From NCBI GenBank assembly GCA_002269645.1, contig NIVC01001143.1, positions 1 to 64,000 of the forward strand: a stretch of DNA of 64,000 nucleotides, written 5' to 3'. Source of the stretch: Macrostomum lignano (lineage: Eukaryota). Position 1 is the stretch's first letter. Each line of letters begins with the position of its first letter. Positions 35,800 through 50,158 of the stretch are shown here, in pieces. The notes under the pieces were generated by a model. The model saw only the letters and a list, made by a program, of their open reading frames with translations. It searched no databases and was not told the origin of the DNA. Both the position numbers and the translations under genes were made by a program.

Positions 35800-36650
35800 C
35801 GGACCCATTGAGTCATCGCACTTCTAAGGGAGACCTGGACCCATTGAGTCATCACTCTTCTAAGTGAGACCTGGACCCATTGAGTCATCACTCTTCTAAG
35901 TGAGACCTGGACCCATTGAGTCATCACTCTTCTAAGGGAGACCTGGACCCATTGAGTCATCACCCTTCTAAGTGAGACCTGGACCCATTGAGTCATCACT
36001 CTTCTAAGTGAGACCTGGACCCATTGAGTCATCACTCTTCTAAGGGAGACCTGGACCCATTGAGTCATCACCCTTCTAAGTGAGACCTGGACCCATTGAG
36101 TCATCACTCTTCTAAGTGAGACCTGGACCCATTGAGTCATCACTCTTCTAAGTGCCTGGACCCATTGAGTCATCACTCTTCTAAGTGCCTGGACCCATCG
36201 AGTCATCACTCTTCTAAGTGAGACCTGGACCCATTGAGTCATCACTCTTCTAAGGGAGACCTGGACCCATTGAGTCATCACCCTTCTAAGTGAGACCTGG
36301 ACCCATTGAGTCATCACTCTTCTAAGTGAGACCTGGACCCATTGAGTCATCACTCTTCTAAGTGCCTGGACCCATTGAGTCATCACTCTTCTAAGTGCCT
36401 GGACCCATCGAGTCATCACTCTTCTAAGTGAGACCTGGACCCATTGAGTCATCACTCTTCTAAGTGAGACCTGGACCCATTGAGTCATCACTCTTCTAAG
36501 GGAGACCTGGACCCATTGAGTCATCACCCTTCTAAGTGAGACCTGGACCCATTGAGTCATCACTCTTCTAAGTGAGACCTGGACCCATTGAGTCATCACT
36601 CTTCTAAGGGAGACCTGGACCCATTGAGTCTCTTTTCAATGTGAGACCTG
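35800..36650. repeat. 36/33-bp minisatellite GAGACCTGGACCCATTGAGTCATCACTCTTCTAAGT
   Basis: Tandem array with a duplicated block. Confidence 0.93.
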
Positions 36651-37654
36651 GACCCAGTGAGTTACTGGTGTGAAACAGGCTCAATATGCTATAACGTTCT
36701 AATTATTGTTTTGCAGAATTTCATGCGCAGCCAGTTTCAAATTATCAGAATTTCTGACCAAAAAAGTCAAATGACACCCAGAGCCTTTTAACTTTAACTT
36801 CGGTTAAACTTGCGGAAAATCTTTCCAATCGTTAATCCCTGTATTTATGGGCCTACTTTACAACCCTAGAATTTTTTGCATTTCTTGTTGCAAGATCCAG
36901 CCAGCCGAGTGCATAGCGGATGCATCTCTGCCTACTGCCGGGCCGCAGAGGCCAGTAGGCAGGCTGGCAAATGCATAGGGTAATAAACACCAGCTTATCT
37001 CGGGAGGGACCCTGCTTTTGTTTATCTTACCCAGCCTCAGCCCCCCTCCATCATTAATTAGCTGCACCCCTGCATGCAGGCAGATGGCAGCCAGACCCCA
37101 GAGATGCAGCTCACGCTCAGCTCAGCAGAGTCCAGCGGAGAGAAAATTACACAGTTTCAAGACTGTTATTAGCACTGGCGCACACCTGAGACCCACCTTG
37201 ACGCGACCCACCCGAGTCGAGAGGCGCTGGAGGGCGAAGCTCAACAGTCGCGGCTACGCTGCCCGACTTCCAGCTGCGTAGGGGCGGGGCGGCCTCAGCA
37301 GTTGAGCAGCCGCACAAAATGAGCAAAATAAAGTCTGAGCTGAGCTGTGATGGAGAGAGAGACTGCCGGGAAAGTGGAATTAATTTTCTCATGGCTGGCT
37401 GCCACATGGCAAGTGCAAGGCTGCAAGGCTCTGCCTTTTTTAATTTAAATTGCCAAGGTCGGTCTGGGCGCCGCAGTCACTCGGGAGGAGTCTTGAGTCA
37501 ATTTTGGCCATCCTGTGCCCTGCCAGTGCGCTGCTCTGCATCTGCGAGTGCCTGGCAACAACTGGGTTTAGCCAGGGGCTTAAAGCTGGATAAGACAACA
37601 GAAGATGGAAATAAGGTGGCGCGTGGCTTTACTGTTCACAAACCTTACAACCAA

Positions 37655-38058
37655 TAAACCTCACAACCAACAAACCTCACAACCAACAAACCTCACAACC
37701 AACAAACCTCACAACCAATAAACCTCACAACCAACAAACCTCACAACCAACAAACCTCACAACCAACAAACCTCACAACCAACAAACCTCACAACCAACA
37801 AACCTCACAACCAATAAACCTCACAACCAACAAACCTCACAACCAACAAACCTCACAACCAACAAACCCTAAAAACAACAAAATTCAGAACCGACAAACC
37901 TCACAACCAACAAACCTCACAACCAAAAAACCTCACAACCAACAAACCTCACAACCAACAAACCTCACAACCAAAAAACCTCACAACCAACAAACCTCAC
38001 AACCAACAAACCTCACAATCGACAAACCTCAAAAATCCGCAAACCTCACAAACAACAA
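37655..38058. repeat. 16-bp minisatellite AACCTCACAACCAACA
   Basis: Tandem array. Confidence 0.92.
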
Positions 38059-39189
38059 ACTCCCAAGCCCAAATTTAACAACCTAAAAATATTATTACAT
38101 CATCAATATTGAAATGCCTCCGGACTCAACTGGAGGCCTTCACACTGCATTTATTTTATCTATTTCAAAAATCACTCGACAGGAGAGGTCTGACTCCCCC
38201 CGGGGGGGGGGGTTCAAGCTTTGCCTTCTCTCGCATGGCAACAGCCTAACAACCGGCCTGACAACCAAGCACATCGAATAAGCGCGATGATTTGCCCCCC
38301 CCCCCCAGGGAACTGTTGCCTCAGGATCGCGACTGAAGAGGCTCCCCACCGATTTTATCCCACAGCTGATTAGCATAATCTCCCAGCACCCAGTCCGGAT
38401 GGAGGGAGGCTGAGTGGGTGAGTCACTGAGAAAACACATCAGCCCACGTTGATCGGGGCGGACCAGATTCGAATCTCAGGCCCGAAGCAAGCAAAACAAT
38501 GCAGGAAACTGGGGAGCACAGATTGCCTGATTGTTGCTGCCTGTCTGCCTGTCTTTCAGTGCCTACGGAGGTGGGCAGGGGGGTCTCCGTCCGCCCTAAA
38601 AAGCGGCTTAAGGCTAGGATTTCCCGGCAGCTGTCAGTCTTCCCTATTCGCGGGTTTCAAAGCCAGCACAGCAGCGGTGCCGTGGAATGGGAGAAATTCC
38701 CCGCGTCTGAGCACACAGCGCGGACTGAGAGGCCCCGGGAGGCCGTCTCAAGTTGGTCCTCAAACCCCTTCAATTGCGCGAACTGATCCCGCTGAATTCA
38801 ATCGATTCACTACTGGAATCAGAGCCGGGGACCCGGGAGCAAAGCAGATCGGATTTTGAGTCCCCAGCCCAGTGTCAACAACTCAGCACAAAGGACTGAT
38901 TTTTGTCAGAGATTGACTTTCCTAATCAGTGCGTGGGCTGCTGGCTCTGCCGTCCCTCGTCTGCCCTTCCCGCTGCCTCGGCTCGCTCTGCTTTGCTCCA
39001 CTATCTGGACTCCTTAAAGTTCCACCTGCCTGTGGGAAGGGGCGTCACTCAGGGCTGCTCAGCTCACCGCCGCCTCTGCTCAATGAGGCTCTTGATTGGG
39101 GAAACTTGCACCGGAGAGTTTGAGCACTTGGCAGATTGGGCTTCACCGAGCTGGAGTTGAAAGTCGGTAAAAATCTAAAATCTATGGAA

Positions 39190-39620
39190 GAGGGTGATGG
39201 AGAGGGTGATAGGGAGGGTGATAGAGAGGGTGATAGAGAGGGTGATAGGGAGGGTGATAGAGAGGGTGATAGGGAGGGTGATAGAGAGGGTGATAGAGAG
39301 GGTGATAGAGAGGGTGATAGAGAGGGTGATAGGGAGGGTGATAGAGAGGGTGATAGGGAGGGTGATAGAGAGGGTGATAGAGAGGGTGATAGAGAGGGTG
39401 ATAGGGAGGGTGATAGAGAGGGTGATAGAGAATGTGATAGAGAGGGTGATAGAGAGGGTGATAGGGAGGGTGATAGAGAGGGTGATAGGGAGGGTAATAG
39501 AGAGGGTGATAGAGAGGGTGATAGGGAGGGTGATAGAGAGGGTGAGAGAGGGTGATAGAGAGGGTGATAGAGAGGGTGATAGAGAGGGTGAAAGAGGGTG
39601 ATATAGAGGGTAATAGAGAG
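39190..39620. repeat. 12-bp minisatellite GAGGGTGATAGA
   Basis: Tandem array. Confidence 0.93.
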
Positions 39621-40043
39621 GGTAAGACGGCAAGGACAGGAGAGACCGGATATCCTTAAACAACCTGCAGAGCCCTTTACTCTCCCTAGATGAGGTGAGG
39701 TGCACTGGATGCGTCGGAGTGAGACTCAAAGCTAAATGTAGCAAAAATATGAAAATGAGAGTCTGCGACAGCCAAATTCTCTGATTGCAAAAGCAGATAA
39801 TGCAACTCATGCTTGCTGTGTATTTGCCAATTTACTTCTAATATGCACCCGAACCAGTGCACCCCTACCTGACCCCCTGTTTCCAAGACAGACGGCAGGC
39901 CTGCTTGAACTCTTCTGATTGGCCAGCTCCGGATAGCCAACCAGCGGAGCGCCTGGCCAGCAGCCGGCCCCGGGTTTCCTCAAAAACGTCTGGCAAGCGA
40001 AATCTGACGAAGCAGAAGACCCGGCCAACGAGCGAGAGAGCAG

Positions 40044-40225
40044 GTGAGAACTTGGAGCTCCGCGCCACGGCTGACAGACGGGAGAAAGCGAAGCAGAGCT
40101 GTCCTTTTTGGCCTCCATCGCGACTGGCTGGCCCAACTCGAACCGGAAAATTGGCGAGATTCGATCCCACCGGAGCTCCTGCTGGATCACTCTGGTCAGC
40201 GGCCGCAGAGTTTGACACATGACAG
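40044..40225 (+). CDS. Possible exon of an unidentified plus-strand gene
   Basis: Open frame ...AVLFGLHRDWLAQLEPENWRDSIPPELLLDH... ends at a strong donor CAG|GTGAGT (40226) followed by a minisatellite. No homology recognised and no clear acceptor. Confidence 0.25.
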
Positions 40226-40242
40226 GTGAGTGTCGGTCCGTC

Positions 40243-40478
40243 ACCGGGGTGAGACTGTCTGACACCGGGGTGAGAGTGTCTGATACCGGGGTGAGAGTGT
40301 CTGATACCGGGGTGAGAGTGTCTGATACCGGGGTGAGAGTGTCTGACACCGGGGTGAGAGTGTCTGATACCGGGGTGAGACTGTCTGACACCGGGGTGAG
40401 ACTGTCTGACACCGGGGTGAGAGTGTCTGATACCGGGGTGAGAGTGTCTGACACCGGGGTGAGAGTGTCTGACACCGG
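40243..40478. repeat. 21-bp minisatellite CCGGGGTGAGAGTGTCTGACA
   Basis: Tandem array. Confidence 0.92.
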
Positions 40479-42397
40479 GATATCGTAGGCTGAAACCTGA
40501 ATACTATAGCCGGACACAGGGGCATCAAATTTGTCCAGATCTGCCAGGAGACGCAAGCCTTCAACGCATTCAATGCTCCCCAAAGACATCCGCTATCCCA
40601 GCGTGCATCTCCAGTCTCCCGATTCAACGAAGCCATTCAGTGTTTCACGCGCTTCTTGTGGTGCAAAACTGTAAAGTTTAGTGCCGGCGGCCGCTCCTCC
40701 CGAACCTCCCGCCGCCGGCTGCAAGCAACGGAAGTGGAGCTTGGACCCCGAGCTGTCCCGTCCTTGACTCTTGCGTGTCAGCTGTTGCCAGGGCTGCCCC
40801 AGCCGGATCAGAGACACTCCTGGGAAGCCTCCCGCCGTCCATTCTCGGCTGCGGGACAAGCGTGAAAAATACCCCCCATTAGTTGTGGCATTTTTTCGTG
40901 AACTCCCGCGCTTCTTAAGACTGGAATTTTAGGCAGGCTTACTAGGTTGCCATGGCAGCCGCCTGGTCCTCGGCTCCCAGCTTCGCTCCCGCCATCACCA
41001 ACCGCTGTTCCCAGCCGCAATCATCCCCCAAAAACCCCGGCCACTTGAGAGCCCCCAACTAATCCTCTGGACCGACCGGGAGGGCTTCAAGGCCAGGGGA
41101 AGATGAGGATAAAGAAGAGGAAGGGCCCGACTGAGCTGAAGTGCCGAGCAGCCCCGCCTGCACCGCAGGGCCGTCTTGAGCAGTGCGGCTGGCAAAGTTG
41201 GGTGATGGAGAAAGAAGAGCGGAAGGAAGCTGGGCGCAGGCAAACTCCAAGGATTTCCACTGGCCGGCTGAATGAGGCTGGCTTCCTTGGGGTTGGGGGA
41301 GCAAAGATCGCGCTAAAGTCCCAGCGCACAGGCTGGCGTGTCAGGTGGCTCAGGTCTCACGGGATCTGGCCTGACGCCCTCCCCTAGTTGTTATCCCTCA
41401 CTAAATCCCCATCACAAAGCAGGAGTTGAAGCCCCCAAAGTCGGGGTCCGATCAGATTTCCAGCGAGTCGCTTCCTTCTGCGCCCCGTGCAAAAAGTTGC
41501 GCAGCTTCTCAAGCAACTGAGGCTGGCGGCCGCCCCCCTCCGGCATCCTTGATCTTCCTCTTCTCCCCCTCATCAGCGCGGTCGAGCGGAGATCGGGGGA
41601 GACGGAGGGAGGGAGGAGGCACCAGCGCGGCGCTGTCGGCTCGGCCCCGATCGGATTAGCGGCGAGATTAGCGAGCGGGCGGGAAACCGGAGCGGGAGCT
41701 GGGGAGGGGATGACCGACTGCGGGAGGGGAGATTCTTCCCGCAGCCGGGCAGGGCAGCAGCTTGTCAGAGAGCAGCGCTGAGTCGGTGGCAGGGACGATA
41801 CGCGCTCGAGAAAGACCTTGTGGGACCCCCGCTGCGCAATGCTTATTATTTTGGATTAGCCATGCCGGCCCCTTGGCTTGTAGGCGGATTTCCCCCCGCA
41901 ATTTTCCGCTTTTGTTGAGCAGCAGCAGCGGTGGCGAAAGAATCGCGCCGGGGACGCTGAGTCACTTCTCCTCTGCGCCAGTGGGGAAGTCGGTAAAATA
42001 AGGGGAGAAATTAGTCGGCCTTGTTTTTGCTCCCCATTCATCCGGCCGGCCTGATTTGGACGCGCCGTGATTGGCGGCTCCAGCTTCCTAATCGGTCTGC
42101 GATTCCGAATCCCCTTGTTCGTTCCGTGCGCCTCATCAGGCCCGGCCGGCCCCTCCCGCTTTGGCCTTCACAGCGGGACTCCCCGGCCGCAAACTTCCTT
42201 GGAACTGATCCCGGCTCCAAATGCTTGTCCGGGCGTGGGTGCTGAACAGGCCCTGTGTTAGGGCTGCATGGGTGCTGCTCGAGTAATTACTGCTCTTGTT
42301 TACCTGCGCTTCAATTTTTCTGAAGCGATAGAAGCATCACATCTGAGGGATGTCCGTCTTAAAAGTTTCCCACATTCAGAGAGATTTCCCAAACCCC

Positions 42398-43345
42398 AAG
42401 ATTTCCCACATCTGAGAGATTTCCCACATCTGAGAGATTTCCCACATCTGAGAGATTTCCCACACCCGAGAGATTTCCCACACCGGAGAGATTTCCCACA
42501 CCCGAGAGATTTCCCACACCCAAGAGATTTCCCACACCGGAGAGATTTCCCACACCCAAGAGATTTCCCACATCTGAGAGATTTCCCACATCTGAGAGAT
42601 TTCCCACACCCGAGAGATTTCCCACACCCAAGAGATTTCCCACACCGGAGAGATTTCCCACACCCAAGAGATTTCCCACATCTGAGAGATTTCCCACATC
42701 TGAGAGATTTCCCACACCCGAGAGATTTCCAACACCACAAGAGAATTCCCACACCCGAGAGATTTCCAACACCACAAGAGATTTCCCACACCCTGAGAAT
42801 TCCCACACCCTGAGAATTCCCACACCCGAGAGATTTCCCACACCAGAGAGATTTCCCACACCGGAGAGATTTCCCACATCTGAGAGATTTCCCACATCTG
42901 AGAGAATTCCCACACCCGAGAGATTTCCAACACCACAAGAGATTTCCCACACTCTGAGAATTCCCACACCCTGAGAATTCCCACACCCGAGCGATTTCCC
43001 ACACCACAAGAGATTTCCCACACCCTGAGAATTCCCACACCCTGAGAATTCCCACACCCGAGAGATTTCCCACACCGGAGAGATTTCCCACACCGGAGAG
43101 ATTTCCCACACCGGAGAGATTTCCCACATCTGAGAGATTTCCCACATCTGAGAGAATTCCCACACCCGAGAGATTTCCCACACCACAAGCGATTTCCCAC
43201 ACCACAAGAGATTTCCCACACCCAAGAGATTTCCCACACCACAAGAGATTTCCCACACCACAAGAGATTTCCCACACCACAAGAGATTTCCCACACCACA
43301 AGAGATTTCCCACACCACGACAGATTTCCGACACCCTGAGAATTC
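42398..43345. repeat. 18-bp minisatellite GAGATTTCCCACACCCGA
   Basis: Tandem array with variant units. Confidence 0.92.
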
Positions 43346-44145
43346 CCACTGATTAGAATTCCCACCTGAGAAATCCTGCCGAAGGAATCTTCAGAGAGAA
43401 TTCGCAGGTGAATCTTCCTTGATGCAGCGAAGGCTCACCGACAATAAGCTTTAGATAGCGTCAAACAGAGGACTCGCATGCCTTCAGGCCAACCAAACTG
43501 TCCGCCGGCTTTGTTAGTCAACAATCACTCAGTATGCCCCCAGCCCCAGCCTCTCTAAGCTCCATCACCGCCGCCGCCCAGCCTCCCCGCCGCCTGCCCG
43601 CATGAATCAGCCGGGCCGGGGGGGGCGAAAACGGAATGCGCAAGCAGCGGCACAAAGGAATTTCCCGGCGCGGGGGCCGCCGTGACAAAAGGGGAAAAAT
43701 GGGAGTGGAAGACAGAGAGCTCAGAATGGGTCTGACAGTTTTCCTCTATTGTCCCCATTTATTCCTCACCAATCCAGCCTCATCTAAGCGCTCCATCTCT
43801 ACTCTAGCCGTCCGGGGTGCAGATCCCGCCTAGGGATCCGGCTGGCCACTTCCCCGCCCCGCCATGCGGACTGGCCGGCCGGCTTGAAGTGGCGTCGCGC
43901 CGGGGCGGCGGGCGAGGACTGAAATGCCTGCTGGGCGGGGCGGCTGAGTGCCGCAGCTCATCAGCTATGCGCGGCTGCCACGGCTGGAGGTGCAGAGAGA
44001 AAAGAGGGAGGAGGGGGAGCTCAGCCTCCCACCTGCCAGCTGCCGCCTGCTCTGTTGTTACTCTTTGTCCGCTAATTATAATAATCCACACCCGCTTTCC
44101 CACTGGCTGCCCATGCTTTGCTTATTCCACTGTTTTGTCTGTCTG

Positions 44146-45118
<973 letters not shown>

Positions 45119-45777
45119 TTTCAATATCAGCTTTCCTAGAAAAGCGCAGTATTTCCCAAAGCTCGGCCCGGAAACGCAGCTGCAAATCCCCAAAACCGAT
45201 CCCATTCATAATTAATAATCATGCGATCGCATGAAACCCGAGATATGGCAGAGCAATTCACCGCAAGTGGAATATTCTCAACCGTGAGAGCCGCTTAGGT
45301 GAGAAAGATGGCGACGGAGAGTCTGGGGCAGATGAGGCGCTGCCCGGCTCAGAGGCTGGCGGAGACGGCAGTGAAATTGCGGCCCATTTTACAGCCGCAG
45401 TTTCCTCTGCTTGCCGCTGAATTCGACACGGGTCGCTTTTAACAACCGGTTCGCGTGTTTGGCGGCTCACGCAATGGCGGGGGGGGGGTCTGGGGAGGCG
45501 CCGAGACTGCAAAACCGGCACCTACTGAGGTGAGCAACTCACTGCATGACGCAGCGGAGTAGCGGGAAACTGAGGCAGTGAGCAGCGGCCCAGCTCGGAA
45601 TAACAATGGCTGACCTTCCTTCACAGACCTGCGCAATAAGGCGGCATTCAGTCAACTCCCGCCTCTGTAAGGCTTGAATAGCGCTAGGCCCAAGGACTTC
45701 TAGATCTACCTTCCTAGTGGTCCTTGGCTAAATTGTGGCTTTAAAACTGTTACTGGTGACTCTATGTGAGCCAAACA

Positions 45778-46065
45778 GCACACCTGTTCCCGAACCCACA
45801 CACCTGTGCCCGAACCCACACACCTGTGCCCGAACCCACACACCTGTGCCCGAACCCACACACCTGTGCCCAAACCCACGCACCTGTGCCCGAACCCACA
45901 CACCTGTGCCCGAACCCACACACCTGTGCCCGAACCCACACACCTGTGCCCGAACCCACACACCTGTGCCCGAACCCACACACCTGTGCCCGAACCCACA
46001 CACCTGTGCCCGAACCCATACACCTGTGCCCGAATCCACACACCTGTGCCCGAACCCACACACCC
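45778..46065. repeat. 20-bp minisatellite CACACCTGTGCCCGAACCCA
   Basis: Array directly abutting the acceptor at 46068-46069. Confidence 0.93.
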
Positions 46066-46069
46066 ACAG

Positions 46070-47382
46070 ACCACCGCAGCCGCTCAGGAGGCCGCAGCCA
46101 GCTCAGGCAGCAGCCGCCGGCTCCCTCCGCATTCGCGGACGCGGCGGCCTTCCTCCAGCGCATCGGAGCCGGCGGGTTCGACGACGAGGCCGAAGAGGCG
46201 AGGAAGGGAGCGGATCAGCTGGACGATGAAGCCGCCGGAGGCTGGAAGCAGCAGCAGCGGCGGCCGCGACGCCAGCGCCGACCCTCAGAATCGCTGGGCC
46301 GCCGACTGCGCAACTTCCTGATGCGGCCGCGGAGACGGCAGTCGGCCTCAGACGCTGCGACGGCGATGGCTGAGGCGGAGTCGGAAAGCTGCTCAGAGCT
46401 GCAGGACTATGTGTACACGCGCTGGGTCTTCCACCGACGCTGGCGCGGCTCCCCGGAGCGTTCGCTGTCGCATGATCACCTGCGAAGCCCTGCCGCGGCT
46501 GCCGCCGACGCTTCCACCGGCGTGGCCACCTCCAGCATCAACGAAGCCGCGGCTGCGATGCCGCGAACTGCCGAGGCGACATCCGCGCTGCCGTCATCGT
46601 CAGGTCGACGATTGTCGAGGGCGAACGGCGGCTCGGCGATGACGAAGAGCGCGAGCGCCAGGATGGTCCGCTTTCGCTGCCCCTACGACTCGTCCGGCTC
46701 CGACCAGGACTCCACCTTGGTGAGGCCTTTGAGAACTAGGGGCCAGCTGGGATAGAGCAGTGGTACAGCAAAGGTCAAAGCTGTTTGAGGTCGCCTGACA
46801 ATCATTCTGTTCCCTGCTCTGCATTGCCAGGTGAGTCCCTACCTGACTTCCGCCTTCCCCTGCCTGCCGCTGCCTCCTGGCGGCTCCGTCTCGAGCGGCT
46901 ACAGCTCCGACCGGGACACCCCGCCGGAGGCGGCTGCGGCAGTTGCAGCGGCAGCGGCGGCCTCGCAGCACTGGGTGACCCGCGAGGAGGACATCGACTG
47001 CCTGCTGCTGCGACGGCCGCCCAACGCCGCTGCCGCCGACCCCGGCGCTACCAGCTCCGCCATTCAAGTCGGCGACGACGACGACTTCGACCTGGTCGAG
47101 CTGGACGTGTCGGCCTTCTTTGCGGCGGCCCCCTCGGCCGGGCCGAGCAGAGCAGCCCGGTGGACGGGCGGCAGGAACGGCGAGTACCGGACCCTGCCGC
47201 TGCCGCCGCCCCCGCTGCCGCCCCGCTGCCACCGGAACAGCCACCAGAACCTGCCAGACGGCGCGCAGCGTGGCGGAGCGGCAGTCTACTACGACCCAGT
47301 GGCTGACGAAATCGACCGTCTGGTTGGCGAGGTCGTGCGGCTCGGCGGTGCCACCTGGGGCCGACAGCAGCGCCTGCCCTGA
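46070..47382 (+). CDS. Last two exons (46070-46719, 46831-47382) of an unknown low-complexity protein gene
   Basis: GC-rich open frames; acceptor cacag|AC (phase 1), donor TTG|GTGAGG and acceptor gccag|GTG (phase 0), stop TGA at 47382. No recognised domain; upstream exons not located. Confidence 0.65.
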
Positions 47383-47749
47383 CCATCTCGGAGCCTGGCA
47401 AAGCTCTTCATCTGCCTGTTCCCAGCCTCATTGCCTCCCCTCATACTACATACTAGTCACACCCAGCAGCCAAGCGCCCCTGCACCTGAGCACCTGCCGA
47501 CTTTCACAGTCGATCAACTTTACTGAGCAGCTCGCGCACCGCACAAGCAGATCCCGCTATTTCCATATTTCGCTTTTCAAAAGTACTGCAAGTAATTTTT
47601 TCTGTTGCCACCGCTTTCAAGTGCATAAATGCATCAGCCAACCTGTGCATAGTTTTCTTGGCTTTGTCGGATCTGAGTATGATTGGTATAGCATACTCAA
47701 CAGCTAGATCGACTTGAGTCCTTTGGCCAAGAACCCATTTTTGCATCCT

Positions 47750-48024
47750 GTCAGTCAGTCAGTCAGTCAGTCAGTCAGTCAGTCAGTCAGTCAGTCAGTC
47801 AGTCAGTCAGTCAGTCAGTCAGTCAGTCAGTCAGTCAGTCAGTCAGTCAGTCAGTCAGTCAGTCAGTCAGTCAGTCAGTCAGTCAGTCAGTCAGTCAGTC
47901 AGTCAGTCAGTCAGTCAGTCAGTCAGTCAGTCAGTCAGTCAGTCAGTCAGTCAGTCAGTCAGTCAGTCAGTCAGTCAGTCAGTCAGTCAGTCAGTCAGTC
48001 AGTCAGTCAGTCAGTCAGTCAGTC
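47750..48024. repeat. (AGTC)n microsatellite
   Basis: Perfect array. Confidence 0.97.
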
Positions 48025-48984
48025 GAGCTGTTGCACTTTCTTTTTTTCAAAAGAAATGCTGCATTTCCATCTCGTTGACCTCGCGATAATTAGGCGAGGG
48101 CGAGAGGGGAACGGAGAGGGGAAGTGGCCGGACTGGAGCAGCTCAGCCGGGGAGGGGCATCTGCGTGAGCTGATCCAGCCGAGGTGCTCACGCACCGATC
48201 AGAGGCTCTTGAACGTCAGTTGCTCCTTTTGCTCTTTCTTTTAAACTGTCCTTCTGCTCCTGCTCAGGGTGCGAGTGCTTTCGCTGAGCTGCAGCCTTCA
48301 TTTACCCACTGAAACCGCTGAGCAGAGCCGAGGCCGCTCCCAACTCAGAACTGCGGCTCCCACGGCCAGAGTTTTCGCTAACCGGCTGACTCACTGCTAA
48401 AGAATTTTTTAAACACAGAAGCAGATGACAGAGGTCAAAAACAATGTTTTGCTTTTTTGTATCAAAACTGAATTGAACGCAGGCAGCACCGACCGGAGGC
48501 AGCACACGGGGAGCCGGAGGGAACGCGCGGCTGCGGAATTCCTAAAAGGGGATTAACCCGGAGTTGCAGCAGGCAGAGGGGAAGTGAAACAACTTTGCTT
48601 TTTATATCGATTTGCAGATCTGCGGGCAATCCCTGGCGCAGAGGGGGGTGGCTGTCCAGATTGCCACGAATTCCTCGCGCAGAAATCCCCGTCCAGAGGG
48701 AGGATGCTGGCCAAGCTCAATTTATCTCCATCATCGCCGGCCCGGCCAGTCTGGAGGCCGCATGGCTGGCCACTTCCCGCAGGGCTGAGCTCGTTCAACA
48801 AGTCACTCAAGCAACTCATTTAGCAAACCCTGTGCGAGTCACCCCGGATAACCCTGGCGGATTCCTCGCCCATGGCCGAGCAGTGAGCAGATCCCGCGCA
48901 TTCCTCGGTGCTGCCATTTTAGTGGAGCTTTTTCTGAAATCAATCACAGACAGCTATAGAGACAAAGCATTTTCTGGTCTGGGA

Positions 48985-49825
48985 GGGTGGGCTGTCCAGT
49001 TTGAGGATCTGGGAGGGAGCATGCTGCTCAGTTTGAGGGTCTGGGAGGGTGGGCTGTCCAGTTTGAGAATCTGGGAGGGAGCATGCTGCTCAGTTTGAGG
49101 GTCTGGGAGGGTGGGCTGTCCAGTTTGAGGATCTGGGAGGGTGGGCTGTCCAGTTTGAAGATCTGGGAGGGTGGGCTGTCCAGTTTGAGGATCTGGGAGG
49201 GAGGCTGCTCAGTTTGAGGATCTGGGAGGGTGGGCTGTCCAGTTTGAGGATCTGGGAGGGAGCATGCTGCTCAGTTTGAGGGTCTGGGAGGGTGGGCTGT
49301 CCAGTTTGAGGATCTGGGAGGGTGGGCTGTCCAGTTTGAAGATCTGGGAGGGTGGGCTGTCCAGTTTGAGGATCTGGGAGGGAGGCTGCTCAGTTTGAGG
49401 ATCTGGGAGGGTGGGCTGTCCAGTTTGAGGATCTGGGAGGGAGGCTGCTCAGTTTGAGGATCTGGGAGGGTGGGCTGTCCAGTTTGAGGATCTGGGAGGG
49501 AGGCTGCTCAGTTTGAGGATCTGGGAGGGTGGGCTGTCCAGTTTGAGGATCTGGGAGGGAGGCTGTCCAGTTTGAGGATCTGGGAGGGTGGGCTGTCCAG
49601 TTTGAGGATCTGGGAGGGTGGGCTGTCCAGTTTGAGGATCTGGGAGGGTGGGCTGTCCAGTTTGAGGATCTGGGAGGGAGGCTGCTCAGTTTGAGGATCT
49701 GGGAGGGAGGCTGTCCAGTTTGAGGATCAGGGAGGGAGGCTGTCCAGTTTGAGGATCTGGGAGGGAGGCTGTCCAGTTTGAGGATCTGGGAGGGTGGGCT
49801 GTCCAGTTTGAGGGTCTGGGAGGGC
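48985..49825. repeat. 29/30-bp minisatellite CCAGTTTGAGGATCTGGGAGGGTGGGCTGT
   Basis: Tandem array. Confidence 0.93.
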
Positions 49826-49870
49826 AACTGTTGAACTGATTAAAGCCACATGTACTCGCATTTACATTTA

Positions 49871-50158
49871 CTCGCAAAGCCCTCAACCCAAAGCTGAGCC
49901 ACATTTTGACGTCCACGTGCAACCTTAACCTGTTCAATACTCATGAATCTGTAAATGTACAGTTTCTCGCAAAGCCCTCAACCCAAAGCTGAGCCACATT
50001 TTGACGTCCACGTGCAACCTAACCTGTTCAATACTCATGAATCTGTAAATGTACATTTTCTCGCAAAGCCCTCAACCCAAAGCTGAGCCACATTTTGACG
50101 TCCACGTGCAACCTAACCTGTTCAATACTCATGAATCTGTAAATGTACAGTTTCTCAG
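49871..50158. repeat. About 95-bp unit x3
   Basis: Copies start at 49871, 49966 and 50060. Confidence 0.9.

Noticed and set aside
40480-40600. Cadherin-like text LRLLADLDKFDAPVSGYSIQVSAYD on the minus strand
   Set aside because: Short, with no supporting exons or clear splice sites; probably chance.
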